DNA of 64,000 nucleotides. It comes from Bacillota bacterium. GTDB lineage: Bacteria > Bacillota > Clostridia > Peptostreptococcales > Anaerovoracaceae. Location of the stretch: contig JAFQHT010000145.1 in the NCBI GenBank assembly GCA_017397825.1, positions 1,024 through 65,023 of the forward strand, written 5' to 3'. Below, piece after piece: positions 35,031 to 44,682 of this stretch. The notes beneath the pieces are model-generated. The model had not been told where the DNA came from. It searched no databases and saw nothing but the letters and a program-made list of their open reading frames with translations. Both the position numbers and the translations under genes were made by a program. How positions within the stretch are numbered: the stretch's first letter is position 1; the number at the start of each line of letters is the position of its first letter.

Positions 35031-35986
35031 CGTTCAAGCCCTCTCATTTTTACTATCTTAGGCATAGACTCCGGCACAACTTCAATATGTCCAGTTTCTT
35101 TAGAATACGCATATATACAATCTGACAGAATCTCATCAGTCCTGCGAAAGCGGTTATTGTTCTTCCGCAGTTCCTCGCCATAACGCTGTGCATCTATATT
35201 GTTCTTTGATGTAATGAATACTTCATGTTTTGAAACAGGTACAATATAAAAATCCTGGCCGATATAGTCATGTATCATGTCCATCATTCCAGGATAAAAA
35301 ACTGCCGCAGCACCCTCTATCGGAGCTTCAGTGGTAAGAATATATAAATCCTTTTCAGGGGCCAGCTTCAATGCATCTCTCGCCTCTGGTGGAAAATCCA
35401 TCTTTTGTAATGCCTTATCCACTGCTGATATAAATACTGCAGGCATCCTCCGCTGCATATTATCATTTGCCACACTTGCAAGTTCGTCCTTGGAAATGTT
35501 CCAACGAGAAAAAAGTTCTTCACTGATTCTCATTCCCATAGCCCCTTGTTCCCCAAGGAATAATATCTGATAAACCTTGGCAAGATCAGCCTCTGTTTCG
35601 TGTACAACCGTTTTCAAATACTCAGTGTTGAAGCGTGCATTCACAACTTCATATGTAATATGATCTTTTACCGATTCATAATCGAAAGGATTAAGGTGCG
35701 GAATCATATTCACCATTTTCTCATGCTGAACATAATCTTCTGCTATGCTTCTCATTGTCTTTTCAATGTCCCTGTGCTGAAGATATTCGCTATAATACGG
35801 TTCAACATAAAACAGTGGTGCCCCATGTATACCCTCACTTTTCCGGTGCAGGCTAAACCCCTCAAGGTGCAAATCATTTTCTTTTATCCTTTTTGTTGTT
35901 TCCAACTCACAGTCCATATACTCTTCCGGCATATATGACTTAATATTTTTCTTTACATACTCAAAAAATTCTTCAAAAGATGGCAT
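35027..35986 (-). CDS. DUF5688-like protein
   Basis: Paralogous to 35997..36992, with shared YMPEEYMDC/FMPEKFRDC, IAEDY, AKVY and GQDFYIVPVSKHEV/GKDFYVVPISIDEV. Confidence 0.45.
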   Translation of the reverse strand: MPSFEEFFEYVKKNIKSYMPEEYMDCELETTKRIKENDLHLEGFSLHRKSEGIHGAPLFYVEPYYSEYLQHRDIEKTMRSIAEDYVQHEKMVNMIPHLNPFDYESVKDHITYEVVNARFNTEYLKTVVHETEADLAKVYQILFLGEQGAMGMRISEELFSRWNISKDELASVANDNMQRRMPAVFISAVDKALQKMDFPPEARDALKLAPEKDLYILTTEAPIEGAAAVFYPGMMDMIHDYIGQDFYIVPVSKHEVFITSKNNIDAQRYGEELRKNNNRFRRTDEILSDCIYAYSKETGHIEVVPESMPKIVKMRGLER

Positions 35987-35996
35987 AATCTATCCC

Positions 35997-36992
35997 CTAC
36001 CTCTCGTAATCATTTCGTATCTTCTCTTTTACATCTCTTTGTACCGGAAGCAGCATCAGATCCTCATTGGTATATTCCATAAGTGTGTTTGAAAGCAGAT
36101 ACTTACTTGGCAGATGCTTGTTGTCACTGATGAGTTTCGCTTCTATAATTCTCTCTGCCTTACACATTCTGTCTTTCGGCATAATAATAACCTCGTCTAT
36201 ACTAATGGGAACAACGTAGAAGTCTTTCCCCATCATATCCCAAATCTGCTGCAGAACTTCAGGATACATGATTGCCCCGGCACCAAGACGTTTTCGTTCA
36301 TTAGTAAGAACAAAACAGTTTTCCGCATCTGGAAGACGGCCTGCCTTCAGATAGTTTACTGCAGATACTCCGTTCTCACAAAAAAGTGATAATTCGCCGG
36401 CTTCATACAGCGCAGGTGCAAAATACTTTGGTGTATTCTCAGAAGCCGCTTTATCTACTTCGTTAAGAGTAACGCCCCATTCGTCAAGCATTACATTTGG
36501 GATACAGCGGTACGATATACCTTTTTCATCTTCTGCTTCTACGATGTAATACACTTTCGCAAAATCCATACATCTTTCATGAAGGGATATTTCAAGAAAA
36601 TCGCGGTTTGCGTTATAATTCATGAGTCGGAAACATATTTTATCTTTCATCTTTTCAAAATCAAAAAGTTCCATCTCCTCTTCGGTAACCTTGTGTCCTG
36701 TTTCCAGTTCTACTCTCATTTCAATGTCCAGCTTACGATAATCTTCAGCAATCTCTTTGAGGATTTTATCCATATTCCAGCAACCAAGGAACTCCTTAAA
36801 ATAGTTTCTCAGACTGATTCCCGGAACGGCAGGAGCTTCATCTTTGAAGAGACCCAAGATTTCAATAGTACCTTCACCAATCTCGATTTCTTCTATATGT
36901 ACCCTGCAGTCCCGAAATTTCTCTGGCATAAAATCCAGAATTCGCTTTTCGACTTGTCCAAGAAAGTCGCTATATCTGATTCCCTTCTCCAT
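35997..36992 (-). CDS. DUF5688-like protein (tandem paralog)
   Basis: See 35027..35986. Start taken at MEKGIRY. Confidence 0.45.
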   Translation of the reverse strand: MEKGIRYSDFLGQVEKRILDFMPEKFRDCRVHIEEIEIGEGTIEILGLFKDEAPAVPGISLRNYFKEFLGCWNMDKILKEIAEDYRKLDIEMRVELETGHKVTEEEMELFDFEKMKDKICFRLMNYNANRDFLEISLHERCMDFAKVYYIVEAEDEKGISYRCIPNVMLDEWGVTLNEVDKAASENTPKYFAPALYEAGELSLFCENGVSAVNYLKAGRLPDAENCFVLTNERKRLGAGAIMYPEVLQQIWDMMGKDFYVVPISIDEVIIMPKDRMCKAERIIEAKLISDNKHLPSKYLLSNTLMEYTNEDLMLLPVQRDVKEKIRNDYER

Positions 36993-37200
36993 TTTTTCCC
37001 TCCTGTACACTTGCTGCAATCTGCATATACTCGTCAAGTCTCTTTTTCAGGTCATTCTTATCTGTTTCTTTATATTCCGCAATTAATGTCTGATTTTCAA
37101 ATTTCATCATAATATCTGCTTTTCTTTTATCCATATCATTCATCTCCATTTCTTTAAGAAAAATGGAGCAGCAGAGCCGCCCCATTTTCAGTATCAAAAG

Positions 37201-40200
37201 TTATTCTTCTTTTCTCTTGGCAATTAAGGTAATTATTGAAATGCCTGAAGCAAGCATGAGCAGAATCCAGAGATTCATATGTGAATCGTATCCCGTCTTT
37301 GGCACATCTGCCACCGATGGAGTATCTTCTGGTTCTTCAGGCTTTGGTTCCTCTTCCTTCGGTTCTTCAACTGGATCTTCCGGCTTCGGTTCTTCCTTTT
37401 CCTGCAGGTATACAGTCTGACCTTCATCTGTAATGTCGCGGTGCTCTGCCATCTTTGTTTCCAGGTCTGCATTTCCATCATTATCAAGGTCGGTCAGCAG
37501 GTAAAGTTCTTCAAATACCACTACGGACTTATCGCCAAGCTCGCTGCCATCGAAACTGAATGTCACATCTACAGTGTCATTTGCTGCAGCAGCCTTAAAC
37601 TTTACTTCCGAAGTAACGGTCTTTCCATTAATCATCAGTTCTGATCCGGTAGACTGGTCCATAAGAACACCTTTCAGAATATATTCTCTTCCCACAGTCA
37701 GATTCCAGCAGGTTACGGTATCTACAATAGTTACAGACTTATCTGCCTCTGAAATGTGGTCATTTGTCTCGCTGTCCACTGCAGTAGTTCTGATGGAAGG
37801 GTTGTCTGGAACCGGGATATATGGGATATCCGGTCCCTTTGGTACATCCTTGGCATCGTTCTTAATCTCGCCACTGTTAAGATTATCGGTAGTGTTAATC
37901 TTAATCTGAACGGTTTTGGCAGCAGAATCCTGTCTTGCCAAAGTCACACTCTTTGCAAAATCCACTCCTTCTGTCTGAATATTGCCGTCAACAGACACTA
38001 CCGGAATCTGTGTATCATCAATGGCGCAGTCCAGGCTACCGCTTACGGATACTGTGATATTACCTTTTTTGTCCGCCTCGATGACGTACACTGATCCGTC
38101 AGCTGCAGTAAGGCTTTTCTTTTCCCCTTTATCAAGTTTTACCGGAACGCTGCCGTCTGCACTGGCATTGACGTAATAATCGAAGACCTTATTACCCTTT
38201 TCATCTGTCTTCTGAATCAGGTCCAGTGGGTCTTCCGGATTATCCGGATTCTGAATCATGACGGGTTCATGTACTGTTTCTGCAGTCAGCTGAGAAGTAC
38301 CTTTTGCTGCAGTAAATACAATAGTCTTTGACTTAGGGTTATTTGCATCAACCTGCTTTTCTTCCAGAGTATATTCTGCAAAGTAACCGGTATAGGCTGT
38401 TTCAGGTACATACTGGCCGCTTACTCCATCATAAGTATAACTGTATGTGCTGCCATCCACGGTAAGTGTCAGCGTCTTTCCATTAGGAAGCGTAACGTCA
38501 GCCGGACTGCTTTCTGTAACGCTTACCAGGTATCTTGTCATATCTGTATACTCTGCTACCTGCAGCTGGCTTGTGCTGTTTACAGTCACAGTTGCTGCCG
38601 GATGCTCTTTAAGAATATCAATTGTGATTGTCGCCTTGCCGAAGCTGTCCATAACTGCCTTCACGGTCATACCATCAAGGTCCGCTCCGTCAGCGTCATT
38701 ACTGATATACAGCGGTTCAGATTTCACATCGCCAATCACAAAATAAAACGGAGTTTCATTGAGATAATATCCGTCTCTTGTCTTTACTTCCTTCAGGTAA
38801 TAAAGTCCTTCCGGAAGTTTCGTCTTCATCAGTGCTCTGCCAAGGCCATCTACGGTAAGCACGTCAACGCAGGTATCTGCATCAAGCACCTTATCACCAT
38901 ACGCAATCGGCTCTGCATTGTAAATGCCAAACACAGCTCCGCTTCCAGCAACATACTGGCCTGATTTATACCCTGTTTCAAAGACTTTGCGAAGGTCAAT
39001 TTCTACAGCAAAAGCATCATTTACTGCATTCACTTCGTCCCACACAATCTTAGTAACCTGGTCTTTATATTTCAGTTCTGCCAATGCAGACCAGACGGTA
39101 TCAGCAGTATGCTCATCCGGTGCAGAAAGTTCTCTGACAATATATGTTCCAAGAGGAAGTGCACTGGATACTGCTATGCCGTCTTCTCCTGTTGTGATTG
39201 TTTCCACCAGATCAGACAGTGCATAGCGGGTAGTTTTGTCAACTCCATCCAGCATTAGAACGCCGATGCCATTTCCTGCTGCAGACTGGCTGCATGCGAT
39301 AGTCGCTGTATAGCCATCTGCGTATATGACAGAAAAAGGTCTTTCCGCTGCCAATGCTTCATCACCGGTGCTGTCTGCTGTCTGATTTGAAATGAGAGTA
39401 ACGGTATAGTAAACATCACTGCTCTTATCTCCTTCATGGCGTTCTGCCTTTACAGATACATTTGTCTGAAGCTCCTGATAGAATACCGGATCATCTGGTG
39501 ACAGTGGTGTAAACCAGTCAATAATTTCATCACCATATCTGATAGTCGGTACAACCGGACTGAAGTTGCCGTCTACCGCATCCATAGGAATAGTCAGGAT
39601 AGTTTTTGTCAGGCCGCCATAATAATACATTTCAGTGCGGATACCATCACCGACCATAAAGTATACCGGTGCTGCAGGCTCTGCTGCAGTGAATGTAGTG
39701 GTGTTTCCTTCAGTACTCTGACTGTAACCGATGCCTAAAGAAATATCAGGTGTAACAGCAAACGGGCTGCTTACTGTAGTAACTACTGTACCATCCAGCT
39801 TTGCAGTGGCTGCAACCTGAATACCATCCCAGCTTACCATGAAGCCTTCTTCATTTCCTGCTTCCTGGGTATATGTAACCTTATACTTCTGCACAAGCAT
39901 CTTCTCAAAGTTTCCATCTGCCTGGCAGTCCTGCCATGTGATGCCGTCTTCGAGAAGCACTTTGTATGAAGTGATGCCATCTGCTTCTTTACTTACCATC
40001 GGATAAATTGGCATCGGTTCTTCTGCCGGATTATCTCCAAGGGTCCACTGGGTAATATCAGTCCAGCCTTCAGGAACTGTATACTGAGAAATGGTTCCGT
40101 CTGCACTGCAACCAATCCACGTAAAGACGTCTGTAAACTGGTCAGTTGCAAGTGTCTGATATGCTTCATCAGACACCTTTGACACTGCAATTTCGCCTTC

Positions 40201-43200
40201 AACCGCATTTGTAAGTGCAACTGCATTCTCCCATTCAAAATGAGTTTTAGACACCTTAACAGGCGTTTCTGAGCCTTCTGGAGTGATTTCACGTTCTTCG
40301 ACAGCTACGTCCTCTGCAGTAAGCCTGTAGTATTCATAAAGCTTTGCCTCAAAGCGATTCACACCGATATTTCCAAGCTCGCCTTCTCCGTCAGCTTCAT
40401 AAAGGTCTGCATTATTCCATGCATCCAGAATGTTTCCATAATCCGATTCGTAGTTAGTAATCGGACTTACCTGCACCTGGCCGACTGCAGCTTCAGGATA
40501 GGTCGTAATGTCTGCCAAAGTTGGGAGATAGCCATCCGCCACAGAGGTAGTCTTTGTGACTTCCACATCTGTTACATTCTTGCCACCGGCCTTGTATTCC
40601 ATCTGCAGGGCTACATCGTAGCGATATTTCAGGCCGCTTTCTATAGTCTCATAGACATAGGAATATGTTGATGGTTTCTGTTCAGGTGTGGTATACACCC
40701 TGAGATAGTGGTTGTCTTCAGTCTTGTCACGTTCTCTCTTAAAATAAAGCTTCGCTCCGCTTTCATGGTCATAAGTACCTTCGTCATAGATGCTGCCATC
40801 AGCATTATTGCCGGAATGAGTACTTCTGTCTGTCGGAATGACAATTACTTCATTGGTCGCCGCATCATAAATCACAGGACCATCATTGCCGTCATTGAGC
40901 TTAATGTCTTCTGCTGCAAAGATGCCGAACACTGCATCCTTCAGTTTGGAAAGAGCATACTTCGGAGTCCAGACTTTGATACCATTCTTGGTTGTTTCCT
41001 CAAAGCCTGTCAGCATTTCTCCTTCTTTCTCAACGGTAATCTTGCCTTTTACCTGATTGTTTGGCATGGACACTGCCTGGTAATACTTTTCGTATTCAGT
41101 GCCGTTGAGATGTCCATCCTGCTCAGTCACACTGAAGGTATAGTAATTAGTGCCGCCATCATCAACATAATATCCTTCAGGCAGCAGCCATTCTTCCAGT
41201 CTGTAAGTACCAAATTCCAGGTCGTATGGAATTGTAATCTCACCGTTCTCATCGCAGATAAAAGTGTAGTCCTTTTCAGCAGAGTTGATGTCCGCTGCAT
41301 TCGGCAGAAGTCTTCCGTAGTTTTCAGACTGCGTCGGATCAGCTAAAAGAGGATTACCCATATAGCGGATGTAGAACTTGGTGCCGTTAAGGTCAACAGC
41401 CTTACCTGTTTCCGCATCAGTCTTGATTACTTTGACTACGTTTTCCTTTTTCTTATCACGCAGGTTCCAGTCATAGCGGTTGTCCTTTTCGGAATCATTT
41501 GGATAGTATCCATTGCTGTGTTCTCCGATGAACTGGTCAAATAATTCAAGTACGAAAGATGTATCATCTGCTGACACTTCTTCCACGCGGTAGCTTCCGT
41601 ATGGAATATCGTAGATGTAAATGCAGCCGTTGGTGCCTACTGTCATATCGGTCACTGCATTGTCAGTGCCTGACGTATCACGTACTACTCTGTATATGCG
41701 TGTTCCTGATGCATCCAGTCCTTCTTCTACAAAGCTGATATATGCATGGTCTTCCCACCCACCGGAGTTCAGATACATTTTACACTTGGAATTTCTGGAC
41801 TTCGTCTGGGCACCGGAGCTGCCTTCTTCATTGAACACATCCTCTGATTCATTGGATTTTGAGAGGAACAGACGGCCACGGTAGCAGTCGTTTATAAATA
41901 CATCCTCATCATATTCCAAAGTGTCTTCAAGGCTTCCTGCTGTGCCCTGAGTACTTCCATCGGACCAGGTAACTGTATACTCAATCTCTGACCAGTTTTC
42001 CGGTGTATCGGTGCAGGTTCTGGAATCCTCTGTCACCGCATGGTAACTTGCTGTGTAGGTACGCTCACCACTGTCCGGCTCAATAAATCTGCCGTCCGGT
42101 CTGGACTCAACTATTCGGTAGGATACTTCTGCAGTCCATTCACACTTCGTAGGCTCCACTGTACAGTGAGTGGTTACATTGCCCTCATCGTCTTCTTCTG
42201 TGTGAACATAACTGCCGGAGTTTTCTTCAATTAAAATACTCTCATCCGGCCATGGCTGGTCGTAGAGAGTATCGCTGCTTCCATATTCATCAAGTGTGAC
42301 GCTGTCCACCATTTCTTCCGGTCCGCCGTTTACTGAGCGGTAAAGTGTATATGTCGCTGCAAGAGAAGCATCGCCCATGCCGGTGGAAGTATTGCCGTCC
42401 CAGCCAGGATTCAAATCCTCTTTGGAAACGGTAAACTGAAAGGTTGGAAAGTATTCCGGCACAGGCTTTTCTCCTCCTTCAGGAGCCGGAGCGTCCTCTG
42501 GCTTACTGAACTTGATATATGCGGATACCGGGTCCGCTGCACCTGTCACGATGGTCTGTACATGAGATGTTGCTGAGTTCCAGCCCCAGAAAAGAAGGTC
42601 GTTTTCCGGAATCTTTCCCTGTGCTGCGTGCTTAATCATGTACCCATCTTCATTCGGTTCACCTTTTAAGTGAAGTGTGTATTTCTTTGAAACCTCATCA
42701 TATGTAATGGTGATTTTATCATTCTTCAGTTCTTTTCCTTTGAGGCTGAGTGCTACATAGCCTCCACCGTTTCCGGTGTTATCATCAAAGGTCCATTCAT
42801 AGCCGTCTGCTGTCTTCATGTCTTCTGTCAGCTTGATGGTTTTAGGGTTCTTTTCAGTTCCATCAACGGCTCTTGGAAACTCTTTGTGCTCCTTGATGGA
42901 TGTAACCATCCAGTTGTACACGTCTACAGCCGGACGGTTTCGCACCATGGATAAATAGTGGTCACCGCTGACACCAAGTTCATTGGTCTGACGCTTCATA
43001 TTGTCATCGCGGTTTCCCTGCTGAATTTCCCATATGATGCACTGTGTTGCCACATACCAGTCGCCCCAGCTGTATGAACTGCCATGCTTACCATAATATT
43101 TGGACTCTTTAAATCCCTGGCTGAACAGATCGTTTACATCATCGCCGGTCTGGTAGCCGTAGAAAAGAGCCAGCTGCAGGTTTGCAGCTGCTTCATCAGA

Positions 43201-43581
43201 AAGACCTGCATAAATAGCATCGTGCTGCTCATTGGCAGTAAGCTTTCTGCTGGTATCAACCCACACGCCGTGTTCAATACAGTAGCCACGGTAAGATGTG
43301 TCACCCTGCTTCAGCACGTAAGTACGCTTCGGGTTGCCATGCTCGTACTGCCGGTCATAGACTTTCCATTTACCGGTCGCAAGGTCGATATATCTGATTT
43401 TGATATATCCCTGTTCTGATTTCGGGAACTGATAGGTTCCGCCATCACCGCCGATTATGACTGCACCTTCCCTGTAGTATGCTGTATCATCCGCATCTAT
43501 CGCTGCCATAGCAGTAGTTGGAAACATACTTACAAGAAGTGCAAACATCAGCAGCAAAGCTGTGATTCTTTTTTTCTTCAT
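37201..43581 (-). CDS. 2126-aa LPXTG-type surface adhesin with an N-terminal thioester domain, SpaA/CnaB-like isopeptide domains and a VaFE/T-Q-ester repeat
   Basis: Signal peptide. Thioester motifs YCIEHG and TQCIIWEIQ. Repeated G.Y.v.E...P.GY motifs (GTYRLEEWLLPEGY, GLYYLKEVKTRDGY). VVVFEELY. C-terminal VPKTG, a hydrophobic stretch, then KRKEE. Confidence 0.85.
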   Translation of the reverse strand: MKKKRITALLLMFALLVSMFPTTAMAAIDADDTAYYREGAVIIGGDGGTYQFPKSEQGYIKIRYIDLATGKWKVYDRQYEHGNPKRTYVLKQGDTSYRGYCIEHGVWVDTSRKLTANEQHDAIYAGLSDEAAANLQLALFYGYQTGDDVNDLFSQGFKESKYYGKHGSSYSWGDWYVATQCIIWEIQQGNRDDNMKRQTNELGVSGDHYLSMVRNRPAVDVYNWMVTSIKEHKEFPRAVDGTEKNPKTIKLTEDMKTADGYEWTFDDNTGNGGGYVALSLKGKELKNDKITITYDEVSKKYTLHLKGEPNEDGYMIKHAAQGKIPENDLLFWGWNSATSHVQTIVTGAADPVSAYIKFSKPEDAPAPEGGEKPVPEYFPTFQFTVSKEDLNPGWDGNTSTGMGDASLAATYTLYRSVNGGPEEMVDSVTLDEYGSSDTLYDQPWPDESILIEENSGSYVHTEEDDEGNVTTHCTVEPTKCEWTAEVSYRIVESRPDGRFIEPDSGERTYTASYHAVTEDSRTCTDTPENWSEIEYTVTWSDGSTQGTAGSLEDTLEYDEDVFINDCYRGRLFLSKSNESEDVFNEEGSSGAQTKSRNSKCKMYLNSGGWEDHAYISFVEEGLDASGTRIYRVVRDTSGTDNAVTDMTVGTNGCIYIYDIPYGSYRVEEVSADDTSFVLELFDQFIGEHSNGYYPNDSEKDNRYDWNLRDKKKENVVKVIKTDAETGKAVDLNGTKFYIRYMGNPLLADPTQSENYGRLLPNAADINSAEKDYTFICDENGEITIPYDLEFGTYRLEEWLLPEGYYVDDGGTNYYTFSVTEQDGHLNGTEYEKYYQAVSMPNNQVKGKITVEKEGEMLTGFEETTKNGIKVWTPKYALSKLKDAVFGIFAAEDIKLNDGNDGPVIYDAATNEVIVIPTDRSTHSGNNADGSIYDEGTYDHESGAKLYFKRERDKTEDNHYLRVYTTPEQKPSTYSYVYETIESGLKYRYDVALQMEYKAGGKNVTDVEVTKTTSVADGYLPTLADITTYPEAAVGQVQVSPITNYESDYGNILDAWNNADLYEADGEGELGNIGVNRFEAKLYEYYRLTAEDVAVEEREITPEGSETPVKVSKTHFEWENAVALTNAVEGEIAVSKVSDEAYQTLATDQFTDVFTWIGCSADGTISQYTVPEGWTDITQWTLGDNPAEEPMPIYPMVSKEADGITSYKVLLEDGITWQDCQADGNFEKMLVQKYKVTYTQEAGNEEGFMVSWDGIQVAATAKLDGTVVTTVSSPFAVTPDISLGIGYSQSTEGNTTTFTAAEPAAPVYFMVGDGIRTEMYYYGGLTKTILTIPMDAVDGNFSPVVPTIRYGDEIIDWFTPLSPDDPVFYQELQTNVSVKAERHEGDKSSDVYYTVTLISNQTADSTGDEALAAERPFSVIYADGYTATIACSQSAAGNGIGVLMLDGVDKTTRYALSDLVETITTGEDGIAVSSALPLGTYIVRELSAPDEHTADTVWSALAELKYKDQVTKIVWDEVNAVNDAFAVEIDLRKVFETGYKSGQYVAGSGAVFGIYNAEPIAYGDKVLDADTCVDVLTVDGLGRALMKTKLPEGLYYLKEVKTRDGYYLNETPFYFVIGDVKSEPLYISNDADGADLDGMTVKAVMDSFGKATITIDILKEHPAATVTVNSTSQLQVAEYTDMTRYLVSVTESSPADVTLPNGKTLTLTVDGSTYSYTYDGVSGQYVPETAYTGYFAEYTLEEKQVDANNPKSKTIVFTAAKGTSQLTAETVHEPVMIQNPDNPEDPLDLIQKTDEKGNKVFDYYVNASADGSVPVKLDKGEKKSLTAADGSVYVIEADKKGNITVSVSGSLDCAIDDTQIPVVSVDGNIQTEGVDFAKSVTLARQDSAAKTVQIKINTTDNLNSGEIKNDAKDVPKGPDIPYIPVPDNPSIRTTAVDSETNDHISEADKSVTIVDTVTCWNLTVGREYILKGVLMDQSTGSELMINGKTVTSEVKFKAAAANDTVDVTFSFDGSELGDKSVVVFEELYLLTDLDNDGNADLETKMAEHRDITDEGQTVYLQEKEEPKPEDPVEEPKEEEPKPEEPEDTPSVADVPKTGYDSHMNLWILLMLASGISIITLIAKRKEE

Positions 43582-43598
43582 TTGCGTTCTCCCTTCAT

Positions 43599-43668
43599 AA
43601 AAAAAACAGCCTGACGGCTGCTTTGGTTTGATTATATGTAAAAAGACGTGCCGTAATTGACACGTCTT
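43599..43668 (-). terminator. Two tandem terminator hairpins between the FN3 protein gene and the adhesin gene
   Basis: AAGACGTG/CACGTCTT followed by TTTTT (43638-43668). CAGCC-GTCA-GGCTG followed by TTTTTTTT (43599-43620), minus strand. Confidence 0.65.
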
Positions 43669-43683
43669 GGGTTGGTTAAATTG

Positions 43684-44682
43684 CTAACTCAGAAGATAAA
43701 CTGTCACCCAGTTTTTATCGTTCTCCAGAGTTACATAGAAGCAGACCTCCTGCGGGCACCCGCCCTGCATCTTCGCATCAGTATTGATGGCAGCAATGAG
43801 TTCTGCCTTCACTTCTTCCCATGGCTCGTAGAGACAAAATCTCTTTGGCCATACTGCCAGCCAGGAAGTTCCGTTATATGGAGTTTTTTCCTCGCCTGTG
43901 GATAAGGTGTTGTCGAATGCAGTTCCTGGCCACTGGCTGCGGATATATTCTTCTCCTGCAGCAATCAGTTCTTCTTCACTCCAGTCGAATTCATACGAAA
44001 ATACTTCTGAAAAATATCCCTTTACTTTCTTTCCATCTACTGTCGTATACGCACGTATCTTCAAATCATAAACCTTTGTGGTATCCGGAAGGTCTATTGA
44101 TGCTGCAGTACCTTTGAAGTTGCCCATAAAGTTGAACTTTTCTGCACCACGTTCTTTCATATACACCTGATATCCGGTGGCACCGGCAACACTTTTCCAC
44201 TCCAGATCAAGAGTTCTGTAGATAAAACCGCTGCATCCCACACCAGTAACCTTTACCTTGTTCGGTCTTGCATAGGCACTGACTGCCTTGGAATACTTTG
44301 AGAAAACCTTCTTTCCGTCCACCAGTTGATAGCCACGGACCTTGTACCACCAGGTTTTCCCTGTTTGGCGGTTGGTATTTATATACCAGCTTTTCTTTGT
44401 ATTGTCGGTAGTATAGACTTTTTTGTAAGTTCCATTCTCACTGGACGACCGGTAGACAATGTAACCGTCTGCATTCTCCATAACATCCCAGGAGATTCGG
44501 ATTTTGCTGTAATTGTATCCCGATGCCTTTACATTTTGTGGTCGGGTATCACTTATCATGTGGACTCCTTTCTGCTCAGCTGCAAAAGCAGGAGCTGCTA
44601 AGGACATACATAAAACAACGGTCAGGATTATTAAAATCATTTTCTTCATCACTGGTGTCCTCCTTTTCGTTACTTTTATCAT
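43684..44682 (-). CDS. Secreted protein with two FN3-like domains and an uncharacterised C-terminal domain
   Basis: Signal peptide (MKKMILIILTVVLCMSLAAPAFA). FN3 signatures (WWYKVRGYQL; YDLKIRAYTT). Confidence 0.55.
   Translation of the reverse strand: MIKVTKRRTPVMKKMILIILTVVLCMSLAAPAFAAEQKGVHMISDTRPQNVKASGYNYSKIRISWDVMENADGYIVYRSSSENGTYKKVYTTDNTKKSWYINTNRQTGKTWWYKVRGYQLVDGKKVFSKYSKAVSAYARPNKVKVTGVGCSGFIYRTLDLEWKSVAGATGYQVYMKERGAEKFNFMGNFKGTAASIDLPDTTKVYDLKIRAYTTVDGKKVKGYFSEVFSYEFDWSEEELIAAGEEYIRSQWPGTAFDNTLSTGEEKTPYNGTSWLAVWPKRFCLYEPWEEVKAELIAAINTDAKMQGGCPQEVCFYVTLENDKNWVTVYLLS

Noticed and set aside
36970-37197. A 75-aa ORF between the adhesin gene and the upstream DUF5688-like gene, possibly a 57-aa product starting at MNDMDKRK.
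   Set aside because: There is no clear RBS and no recognisable motif, and it overlaps the start of the next gene. The evidence is too weak to call it a gene.
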